From NCBI RefSeq assembly GCF_002214165.1, contig NZ_CP019964.1, positions 90,001 through 122,000 on the forward strand: a stretch of DNA of 32,000 nucleotides. Reading direction: 5' to 3'. The notes beneath the pieces were generated by a model, which was not told where the DNA came from, did no database searches, and worked only from the letters and a program-made list of their open reading frames with translations. The translations under genes were made by a program, and so were the position numbers. Source of the DNA: Candidatus Saccharimonadota bacterium. GTDB taxonomy: Archaea > Micrarchaeota > Micrarchaeia > Micrarchaeales > Micrarchaeaceae. Shown here piece after piece: positions 25,358-32,000 of this stretch (position 1 is its first letter; each line of letters opens with the position of its first letter).

Positions 25358-27421
25358 TCAGTTTAATGCGCTTCCTGCATAACACTTGTTACCTTGAGCA
25401 GAAGCTCCATTAACATAAAGTATGTTACCGTATAATCCTTTATAAACTATGGAGTTACCCGTGGAATTTAGGACTATTACTGGGCTACCTGTCCCTGCAA
25501 GATAACTCAAGCAATGCGTATAGCTTACCCCATCAATTGAGCAGGCTCCTTTGTTCAATCCAACAAGAGTAAAAGTCTTATTTACAAAATCCGATTTTAT
25601 CGAATTTGCACATTCTGATTCTAGTAATGCTGATTTATTTAATGCAATATATGCAGTATGTGTATTGTTCAGCATTGAACTAAACGAATAAAATGGAAGG
25701 AAGCTATTTGCACTCGCCGCGACCGCATAAGTTGCATAAGAGTAAATTAGAACTATTACGAATAGCACTATGAATATGGCTGCCCATGTGTTCCTTACTA
25801 CCTTGTTAACTTTTATCTTCTTGCTCCTGCTTAGCTTGAAGTAAGTAAAGTAATATATTATGAACAGCACTATTATGCCAATTATAAATGACAGTAACAT
25901 TGCGTAATACGGAGCAGAGCTCTCCTTTGAGGAAAGAGATGTGCTATATCCGCTTTCAAAAGGCACAATGAAAAATGAATCTAAGGATTTCACAAAGCTT
26001 GGACCGTTGAAGTAAGATCCATAAACCCTAGTTTGGTTGTAGACACTTTGCATACTGGCGTTTAATGCAATAAGTTGGCTTTCATTTAATCTATTGCTGA
26101 ATTGCTGGTCAAGCATCTCCTGCTGCAATGCCAAATTCACAAGCTTTGGTGGAGGGTCTAAGTAATTAAGCTCTTTTGATACTACGAGGCCTGTAGTATT
26201 TATGGATTTGTTGTAAACAGGGTTATAGGTGCTTATGACTTTACTGTATACTAAAGTATTGTTGTTAAGGCTTGCATTTATTTCATTTCCTGCTGCAGTC
26301 AAATTCTGGTTTATTCCATGGCCCAATACATAGGAGTAAACAGTTTTTAATGTTGACAAGGAGCTGCTAAGGGAAGAGTTACTGAATTTTGAAAGCAACA
26401 ATTCAGATTCATTTACACTTTTATTATAAGCCCCACTTGTAGAATTAATCAGGCTGTTAAATCTTCCTGTTTCCTCCTTAATTACGACAGGTTCAACATA
26501 GGAACTTGCAAGTTCCGTCATATTCGAGACATAAGAGTTCAAATTGGAACCTGATACTGGAAGCATGCTCAAGGACTGCAATGTGGAATTTATATTATTA
26601 AGGTAACTGAAGTTAAATTGAGGTGTCGAAGTGCAAAGGCCCATAGAAAGGCAGTAATAAGGTGCCGTAGCTGAAAGTGTACATAGATTAAGTTCTGAAT
26701 TTGGAATGTCTGATGGAAGAGGGAAAAGTGCACTCTGGGGAAGTTTTGCGGATAGCTCAGATATTTGTGAAATGTTCGATCTTACCATATCTATATTGGT
26801 ATTGAAATTTGTGTGGTTAAGGCTGTCTAATAATTGGACAACATTAGTATAACTATTATTCAAAGCAGTAGTCTGATCTGAAAATGTGAATATGGCAGTA
26901 CTCAATATCCCTCCCATACCTCCGGTAGCTACGTAGTCTGCTGCGCATCTAGGGACGGTCTCACAGGAATACCCCCCATTTGCAACTGTAAATGTATATT
27001 CATTTAAACCAGTAGAGACCTTGCAGCTGTTTATTGCAGGTGCTGAATAAGATTCATATTCCGAAATATCATTTTTCATTGAATTTATGACTGAACTGTT
27101 TGGATAATAAAGGTCTATAAGAATAGGCGTAATTATTGCCTTGGCTGTTGTATTATTCAGTATAAAAGAGTAATGAGAGTCTGTGACATTCAGCAGAATA
27201 TGTTCAGAAGGTGTGACATTCATGATTATATATCTGCCATTATCGAATTCGAAAGAAACAAATGTGGAACTCTTTATTGTGGAATTTGGTATATAAGTTG
27301 ACAAATAACTGCTCAATGACGCATTAATTGAAACAGGTGTTACAGAAGCGGCATAAGAAGAGCTCATCCCGATTAAAGACAATGAGATAACAGCCAATAA
27401 TAGTATCCTTAAATAAGACAT
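25358..27421 (-). CDS. Large secreted/membrane glycoprotein: signal peptide, Cys-containing ectodomain, TM hairpin, second 4-Cys ectodomain
   Basis: 687 aa. Signal peptide MSYLRILLLAVISLSLIGMSSSYAAS, followed by an N/S/T-rich ectodomain of about 490 aa with many sequons and 8 Cys. Two TM helices (YYAMLLSFIIGIIVLFIIYYFTYF and TWAAIFIVLFVIVLIYSYATYAV) are separated by the basic loop KLSRSKKIKVNKVVRN. The C-terminal domain is about 125 aa. No family recognised. Confidence 0.65.
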   Translation of the reverse strand: MSYLRILLLAVISLSLIGMSSSYAASVTPVSINASLSSYLSTYIPNSTIKSSTFVSFEFDNGRYIIMNVTPSEHILLNVTDSHYSFILNNTTAKAIITPILIDLYYPNSSVINSMKNDISEYESYSAPAINSCKVSTGLNEYTFTVANGGYSCETVPRCAADYVATGGMGGILSTAIFTFSDQTTALNNSYTNVVQLLDSLNHTNFNTNIDMVRSNISQISELSAKLPQSALFPLPSDIPNSELNLCTLSATAPYYCLSMGLCTSTPQFNFSYLNNINSTLQSLSMLPVSGSNLNSYVSNMTELASSYVEPVVIKEETGRFNSLINSTSGAYNKSVNESELLLSKFSNSSLSSSLSTLKTVYSYVLGHGINQNLTAAGNEINASLNNNTLVYSKVISTYNPVYNKSINTTGLVVSKELNYLDPPPKLVNLALQQEMLDQQFSNRLNESQLIALNASMQSVYNQTRVYGSYFNGPSFVKSLDSFFIVPFESGYSTSLSSKESSAPYYAMLLSFIIGIIVLFIIYYFTYFKLSRSKKIKVNKVVRNTWAAIFIVLFVIVLIYSYATYAVAASANSFLPFYSFSSMLNNTHTAYIALNKSALLESECANSIKSDFVNKTFTLVGLNKGACSIDGVSYTHCLSYLAGTGSPVIVLNSTGNSIVYKGLYGNILYVNGASAQGNKCYAGSALN

Positions 27422-27567
27422 AGTTACACACTAATTAATTATAGAGCAAAACTTAAAAATATAACACAGAAATTATTATTCTAATAAATATTAAATATAA
27501 AAAATAGAAACATATATATTATTAATTACCTAAATTTTATGTTAGATATTTAAGTCAAGTTGGTAAG

Positions 27568-27894
27568 ATGATTGGAGAAGATTTTAAGGAAGAAGGTTCA
27601 CTTTCGCTGAATGAGGTATACGATATATTATCAAAGCGAAAAGAAGAATCAGAGCTTTCATACGAACAAAAGATGACATTCGAATATGCAGAGAAATTTC
27701 AGATTCCCTCAGCAAAATTCAAAAAGATAAAAAGCGATTTGGAGGCTATGGAACTTAATAACAACCTTATAAACAAACTATTGGAGTTGAATCCAAAAAG
27801 CCCAGAAGTGATAAAATATGCGGCAGCGAGTAACCGTGTCACTTTAGACGAAGAACAAATTAATAAAATACTCTCCGAATTCAAGAGCGTGTAA
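27568..27894 (+). CDS. rpoF: DNA-directed RNA polymerase subunit F (Rpo4)
   Basis: 108 aa. LSLNEVYDILSKRKEE...LSYEQKMTFEYAEKF...LNPKSPEVIKY fits the Rpo4/RpoF pattern. It is followed by DUF655, the conserved archaeal neighbourhood. Confidence 0.8.
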   Translation: MIGEDFKEEGSLSLNEVYDILSKRKEESELSYEQKMTFEYAEKFQIPSAKFKKIKSDLEAMELNNNLINKLLELNPKSPEVIKYAAASNRVTLDEEQINKILSEFKSV

Positions 27895-27934
27895 TAATGC
27901 GTGTAAATACGGATATAAAAAGTGGGGTTAAATT

Positions 27935-28516
27935 ATGGAAATTCAAGAAAAACGTGAGGATTATGCAGTTGTCATTGACTACATGCCCACTGGGAAGTCT
28001 TTTTCTACAAGAGCTGATCCAACATTGCAGTTAGTTGGTACTGAAAGATTTACATTATTAGAAGCAAAGCCTAAGCCAAACACATCATTTTCTATAGGTG
28101 AAAAGGTTTACATAGGAAAGAACGAGAGAGATAAAATAGAAATTATAAAATCTAGAATCTCCTATGATGAATTAACGCAGACCGCAAAAGGAAATCTCGT
28201 TGAGGCATTAGATAAGCTCGTAAAAGAGAATGAACAAAGATATGTTGACTTCTTTAACAATGCAAAACCACTTAATATAAGGCAGCATTCTTTGGAACTG
28301 CTTCCAGGAATAGGCAAAAAGCACCTTCAAGCGATACTTAAAGAAAGGACCGTAAAGAAGTTTGAAAGTTTTGAAGATATAAGCAATAGAATAGAGCTTC
28401 TGCAGGATCCATCCAAACTGATAGTTGAAAGGATACTTGAGGAATTGAAAGGAAACGAAAGGTTCTACCTATTTACAAAGCCTTTTGTAAAAAGGACGGA
28501 ACAATTCGGAAGATAA
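27935..28516 (+). CDS. DUF655 (COG1491) putative RNA-binding protein, OB-like + HhH
   Basis: The N-terminal EDYAVVIDYMPTGKS signature and the C-terminal helix-hairpin-helix LELLPGIGKKHLQAILKER are typical of DUF655 downstream of rpoF. Confidence 0.8.
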   Translation: MEIQEKREDYAVVIDYMPTGKSFSTRADPTLQLVGTERFTLLEAKPKPNTSFSIGEKVYIGKNERDKIEIIKSRISYDELTQTAKGNLVEALDKLVKENEQRYVDFFNNAKPLNIRQHSLELLPGIGKKHLQAILKERTVKKFESFEDISNRIELLQDPSKLIVERILEELKGNERFYLFTKPFVKRTEQFGR

Positions 28517-28526
28517 ATTATCTTCT

Positions 28527-28811
28527 TCATATTTTTTCTAAATGCACTACAGGAACTACCAGCTTCCTTGTTGCATTCATTATCCTAACTCTTACAACAT
28601 ATGCAGAGCCTCTTTTCTCTATAACTTCACCTATCCTGCCTTTATAACGGGGGTGTGGTGAGTCTCTATAATTGCTTTTAGGAACTATAGCTACCTTGTC
28701 TCCTATTTCAAAGGTCTTTATCTTATCAGCAATCGACAGTGTAGATAATTTGTGATGCCTTACCAGATTTCTTGTTTTTCCATGAAACTGTCCTCCAGAT
28801 CTTTTTGTCAT
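28527..28811 (-). CDS. rpl21e: 50S ribosomal protein L21e
   Basis: MTKRSGGQFHGKTRNL...FEIGDKVAIVPKSNYRDSPHPRYKGRIGEVIEKRGSAYVVRV...VVPVVHLEKI matches the L21e SH3-like consensus. Confidence 0.9.
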   Translation of the reverse strand: MTKRSGGQFHGKTRNLVRHHKLSTLSIADKIKTFEIGDKVAIVPKSNYRDSPHPRYKGRIGEVIEKRGSAYVVRVRIMNATRKLVVPVVHLEKI

Positions 28812-28882
28812 ATCATTACCTTTAAAAGTTTATTATTTAATCTAATCAAATAGCATAATATTGTTGTAGTAAGTATATTTAT

Positions 28883-28909
28883 AATTTGTGTTTCCTGATA
28901 CCACAAATT
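28883..28909. repeat. 8-bp perfect inverted repeat AATTTGTG-N11-CACAAATT in the rpl21e / half-TBP divergent intergenic region
   Basis: Read directly: 28883-28890 and 28902-28909 are exact reverse complements. Confidence 0.5.
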
Positions 28910-29016
28910 CATGGATTTCCCTTTTAAAACGCTTAGGGTATTGCACTCATTAGAAAAGCCTAATTTACCAAAATGTATTTATGCCTTTAAACCGTAATAT
29001 TTAAATAGGTGGAGAT

Positions 29017-29367
29017 ATGCCGAAGAAAATTGAATCAACTGATTTAATATTACCTGATTTACCTCATAAAAAGAATGTGGAGCTAAAGCCTACTTACAAA
29101 GTGGTTAATATAGTAGCAAGTGCCGATTTAAATACCGACCTTGATTTATATGGATTGGCAAAGCTTTCATATGATATAGATTACGAGCCAGAGCAGTTCC
29201 CAGGTGCAATATTAAAGATACGCGATCCAAAGTCAGCACTTCTTCTATTCAAAAACGGAAAAGTTATCTGCACAGGAGCAAGGACGGAAGATGAAGTCCG
29301 CAGGTCCATAATGCAAGCAGTTGACCTTGTCAAGAAATACCTCAAGCAGTATGGAGGAAAAGAATGA
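29017..29367 (+). CDS. Single-repeat TATA-binding-protein (TBP) domain protein
   Basis: 116 aa. Residues about 27-110 (YKVVNIVASADLNTDLDLYGLAKLSYDIDYEPEQFPGAILKIRDPKSALLLFKNGKVICTGARTEDEVRRSIMQAVDLVKKY) align with one TBP repeat (NIVAS.DL...LDL, EYEPEQFPG, LLFsSGKivCTGAks.e). The SD-like ggtgga lies just upstream. No second repeat is present. Confidence 0.8.
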   Translation: MPKKIESTDLILPDLPHKKNVELKPTYKVVNIVASADLNTDLDLYGLAKLSYDIDYEPEQFPGAILKIRDPKSALLLFKNGKVICTGARTEDEVRRSIMQAVDLVKKYLKQYGGKE

Positions 29368-29480
29368 AGCCTCCAATTAGCTGTACATAGGAACTTGATT
29401 TAGAATTTTTAACTTTCTGTATTTTAAAGCCCACTAACAATAATTAAATAGTTTTCCAATAAAATTTATCATAATATTGT

Positions 29481-29553
29481 GCGATTGTAGTCTAGCCTGG
29501 TAGGACATCGCCTTGCCAAGGCGGTAACTCGGGTTCAAATCCCGGCAGTCGCA
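29481..29553 (+). tRNA. tRNA-Gly (anticodon GCC), no intron, no encoded CCA
   Basis: Folded by hand. Acceptor GCGATTG/CAGTCGC (one G-U pair) plus discriminator A, and D arm GTCT-AGCCTGGTA-GGAC. Anticodon stem TCGCC/GGCGG with loop TTGCCAA. T arm TCGGG-TTCAAAT-CCCGG. Confidence 0.9.
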
Positions 29554-29622
29554 TTGCACTACTCCTACAATATTAAACGAATAAATACTATTTTTAATTT
29601 ATCTTATTCAATATTTGATCAG

Positions 29623-29949
29623 GTGGGCTTGTTGCAAAATAAAATTGTGTTGGCTACTATAGACGAAGACGGAAATTTGACAGGAGTGGGGAGAGCTCAA
29701 AGAGTGGCAATCATTCATATTAAGGACGGCAAAGTTGAAAACAGCGAGGAGATAGATGTAAAGTGGGGTGAAGCACACGAGATGGAGCAGGAGGGAGTGC
29801 ACCATGCAAGCATTGCCAAGTTTATTATAGCCTATAAAGTAAATGAAGTAATGGCAGGAGGTGCAGGTCCTGGCATGCAGATGATGTTAGAAAAGTTAGG
29901 ACTGACCGTAAAAATAGAAAGCGGCAATTATAAAAGCTTTATAAGATAA
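29623..29949 (+). CDS. NifB/NifX-family (dinitrogenase FeMo-cofactor biosynthesis-like, PF02579-type) small protein
   Basis: IVLATIDEDGNLTGVGRAQRVAIIHIKDGKV...VHHASIAKFIIAYKVNEVMAGGAGPGMQMMLEKLGLTV matches the family layout (beta1, G-R-A, ... GG.GpGa...L...Gi.v). The track start at 29554 abuts the tRNA and was rejected. The true start is the GTG at 29623 or the TTG at 29629/29632 after aggtgg. Confidence 0.7.
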   Translation: MGLLQNKIVLATIDEDGNLTGVGRAQRVAIIHIKDGKVENSEEIDVKWGEAHEMEQEGVHHASIAKFIIAYKVNEVMAGGAGPGMQMMLEKLGLTVKIESGNYKSFIR

Positions 29950-30110
29950 GGCAAAAGCAACCTTATGATTTCATGCAAATATTCAAATACCGTTTGATAA
30001 GAATAAACGTAAAAAGAATTAAATATAATAAACATTAAAGAGAATAATCAGTAATAACATAAATAGAAAATATTGATATAATGTACATTACTAAATCTTA
30101 TATAATCAAT

Positions 30111-32000
30111 ATGGCAGCACTAAGCCAGTCCAGACTATTGAAAACCATCATTGCAGTGGTGTTGTTTTCTTCAATTATTTATATAACATATTCAATTCAA
30201 ATTGGTCATACTGCATCTGTGGCAATAACCTCAAATAACTTTAATCTATCTAATCTGTCCAGCAGCTACAATATCAAAGATAATCTGGTCCTTCAGAATG
30301 AAAGTATAAATACCGTTGTCAATCCAAGAAATGGTACAAATACATCCAAATTAATAGCAGATCCAACTTTCTCTCCTCCTGGTTGCTTCAAATCCTATGG
30401 TGGTATCAGCTACTGGTACTGTTATGTGGAGATGAATGTATCAAGCAATTATGACGGGACAGCAACTTCATCTCCAGGAGGATCAACTAGCACCAGCGAT
30501 ACATATGAATTGTATGCAGGCAACTTCTATTATGTTAGTCCAAGCTATTCTGTAGATATATCAGAATCTCCTTCAACCGGCTATGAATTTGTAGACTGGA
30601 CTTGCAGTGGCAGTGGGTGCTACAGCGGGACTGCAACATCAAAGAGCTTAAGCGGATTAGGAAGTTCCATAGAAGAAACAGCCCACTTCAAATTGATACC
30701 AGAAACATTGACTATGAATGTCAACCCGTCAAATGATGGAAGTACATCACCAGGTGTAGGATCACATACATATGGTTACGGAACTACTGTTTCATTATCC
30801 GAAACACCTGCCACAGGCTATGAATTTGTAGACTGGACTTGCAATGGCAATGGTTGTTACTCAGGAACATCAACCAATCCAACAGTAACTCTTAAAAATA
30901 GCATAACAGAGACTGCCAACTTCAAGCTTATACCAGAAACATTGACTATGAATATGAACCCATCTTCAGGAGGTAGTATATCACCTTCAGTTGGAAACTA
31001 CATTTATAACTACGGAACTGTTATCACAATAACAGAATCTCCTTCAACCGGATATGAATTTACGGGCTGGACAGGTAGTGGAAGCGGCAGTTATACAGGA
31101 AACAAGTCTGTATCAAGCGTAACAATGGACAGTGCAATAACAGAGACTGCCAACTTCAAGCTTATTCCAGAAACGTTGACTATGAATGTCAATCCATCTT
31201 CAGGAGGTACAACTTCGCCTTCTGTTGGAACTTACACATATAACTATGGAACTTCCATTACAATATCTGAGACTCCAAATCCCGGCTACACATTTTATGA
31301 TTGGACTTGCGGTGGGTACGACTGCTACAGCGGCACATCACAATCTGCCACAATAAAATCCAATAATTCAATATCTGAAACAGCAAATTATGAAGTCAAT
31401 CTAACAATGGAGGTTTCTCCAACTGGAACTGGGAGCACCACCCCATCAATAGGTATCCATCCATATGCTTATGGAACATCAGTACTGATATCCGAAACAC
31501 CTGCAAAATATTATGAATTTGTAAAATGGATAGGATCGACAAATAGCAGTTATTCAGGGAATGCAACCTCCACTTATATTACTTTAAACTATCCAACGAC
31601 AGAGGAGGCGGTGTTCAAGGTAATACCTTTGGTGCTCTATACACCTTCAGTAAGTGCAAGTTCTATAGAAGATGGCCAATCTGAGACGATAACAGAAAAA
31701 TTATCTGGTGGGCTTCCAAACTATACCTATATAGCAAATATCTACTGGTACAATACGTCGGATAATGCTTATGTTAAGGTAAATTCTACTAAAATTATAA
31801 CTTCTAACAGTAGCTCTTCTGTAACATTCTATTCAGAGTACTATCCTTTAGGCAAATATAAGGTCAATTATACAGTAACCGATTCGGAATCTCCCCCAGT
31901 TACTGAAATTTCCGGCTCAAATTATTTTGAAGTAACCTTGCCAATGAGTGTAGAAATTAAACCAGAATATGCTTCCTATGACGCAGGTGAAAGTATTACG
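30111..32000 (+). CDS. Large secreted repeat protein (N-terminal anchor, 5 InlB-B-repeat-like modules, then PKD-like Ig domains); runs off the right edge
   Basis: Absent from the ORF track because it is open at the edge. I translated 630 codons with no stop from the ATG at 30111; an in-frame ATG at 30081 is also possible. It has an N-terminal hydrophobic segment (LLKTIIAVVLFSSIIYITY). Five modules of about 78 aa follow the pattern NPS.GG..SP.vG.Y.Y.YGT.i.i.E.P..GYEF..WT(C/G).G.(C/S)Y.G......v....itEtAnFk. After these come D.GQSETIT...GGLPNYTY...Y.VNYTVTDSE (PKD-like). Confidence 0.8.
   Translation, partial: MAALSQSRLLKTIIAVVLFSSIIYITYSIQIGHTASVAITSNNFNLSNLSSSYNIKDNLVLQNESINTVVNPRNGTNTSKLIADPTFSPPGCFKSYGGISYWYCYVEMNVSSNYDGTATSSPGGSTSTSDTYELYAGNFYYVSPSYSVDISESPSTGYEFVDWTCSGSGCYSGTATSKSLSGLGSSIEETAHFKLIPETLTMNVNPSNDGSTSPGVGSHTYGYGTTVSLSETPATGYEFVDWTCNGNGCYSGTSTNPTVTLKNSITETANFKLIPETLTMNMNPSSGGSISPSVGNYIYNYGTVITITESPSTGYEFTGWTGSGSGSYTGNKSVSSVTMDSAITETANFKLIPETLTMNVNPSSGGTTSPSVGTYTYNYGTSITISETPNPGYTFYDWTCGGYDCYSGTSQSATIKSNNSISETANYEVNLTMEVSPTGTGSTTPSIGIHPYAYGTSVLISETPAKYYEFVKWIGSTNSSYSGNATSTYITLNYPTTEEAVFKVIPLVLYTPSVSASSIEDGQSETITEKLSGGLPNYTYIANIYWYNTSDNAYVKVNSTKIITSNSSSSVTFYSEYYPLGKYKVNYTVTDSESPPVTEISGSNYFEVTLPMSVEIKPEYASYDAGESIT
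30460..31630 (+). repeat. Tandem array of about five 234-bp (78-codon) coding repeats
   Basis: The anchor ccagaaac(a/g)ttgactatgaat recurs at 30699, 30933 and 31167, an exact 234-bp period. 30909-30953 versus 31143-31187 differ at 2 of 45 nt. The outer units are more diverged. Confidence 0.85.

Noticed and set aside
25358-27421. The 687-aa Cys-containing ectodomain protein as an archaeal fusexin-like or viral fusion-like protein
   Set aside because: Topology (ectodomain plus C-terminal TMs, Cys-rich) is the only resemblance. I see no diagnostic sequence motif and no mobile-element context, so the idea is unsupported without structure prediction.
27568-28811. rpoF-DUF655 with rpl21e as a novel cluster
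   Set aside because: L21e, RpoF and DUF655 form a well-known conserved archaeal neighbourhood. The only oddity is that rpl21e is inverted and convergent here, which looks like a local rearrangement rather than a new system.

Overview
This is an AT-rich, tightly packed archaeal chromosome segment. Archaea-specific markers include aRF1, RpoF/Rpo4, L21e, CDP-archaeol synthase, AglB/STT3, a class III (type IV pilin-like) signal peptide and a C/D-box sRNA. SecDF, the ATA/AGA/AGG codon bias and extremely sequon-rich surface proteins suggest a Thermoplasmata-like euryarchaeon, but the lineage cannot be proven from this window. About 30 protein genes are present, mostly housekeeping: secF-secD, carS, alaS, thiI, secE, serS, prf1, rpoF-DUF655, rpl21e, a MoxR ATPase and an Obg-family GTPase. 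There are two tRNAs, Leu-CAG and Gly-GCC. Several surface or secreted glycoproteins are encoded, including a Cys-free S-layer-like protein and a large repeat protein that runs off the right edge. I found no rRNA, CRISPR array, intact IS or recognisable multi-gene defence island, and I could not establish a complete novel multi-gene system. The best follow-up candidates are:
- a stand-alone single-repeat TBP (29017-29367);
- an unannotated, textbook C/D-box sRNA directly upstream of an orphan Exo5/Cas4-type Fe-S nuclease (7850-7918);
- a small accessory islet with a decayed TnpB and an omega-RNA-like tail next to an unknown protein with a nucleotidyltransferase-like motif (9896-11297);
- a MoxR ATPase apparently coupled to a pilin-like gene;
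- a two-gene surface module sharing a 4-Cys domain;
- a 234-bp tandem-repeat array in a surface protein.
Several 5' ends in the ORF track are over-extended, using TTG/GTG starts that overlap neighbouring genes, and I trimmed them.
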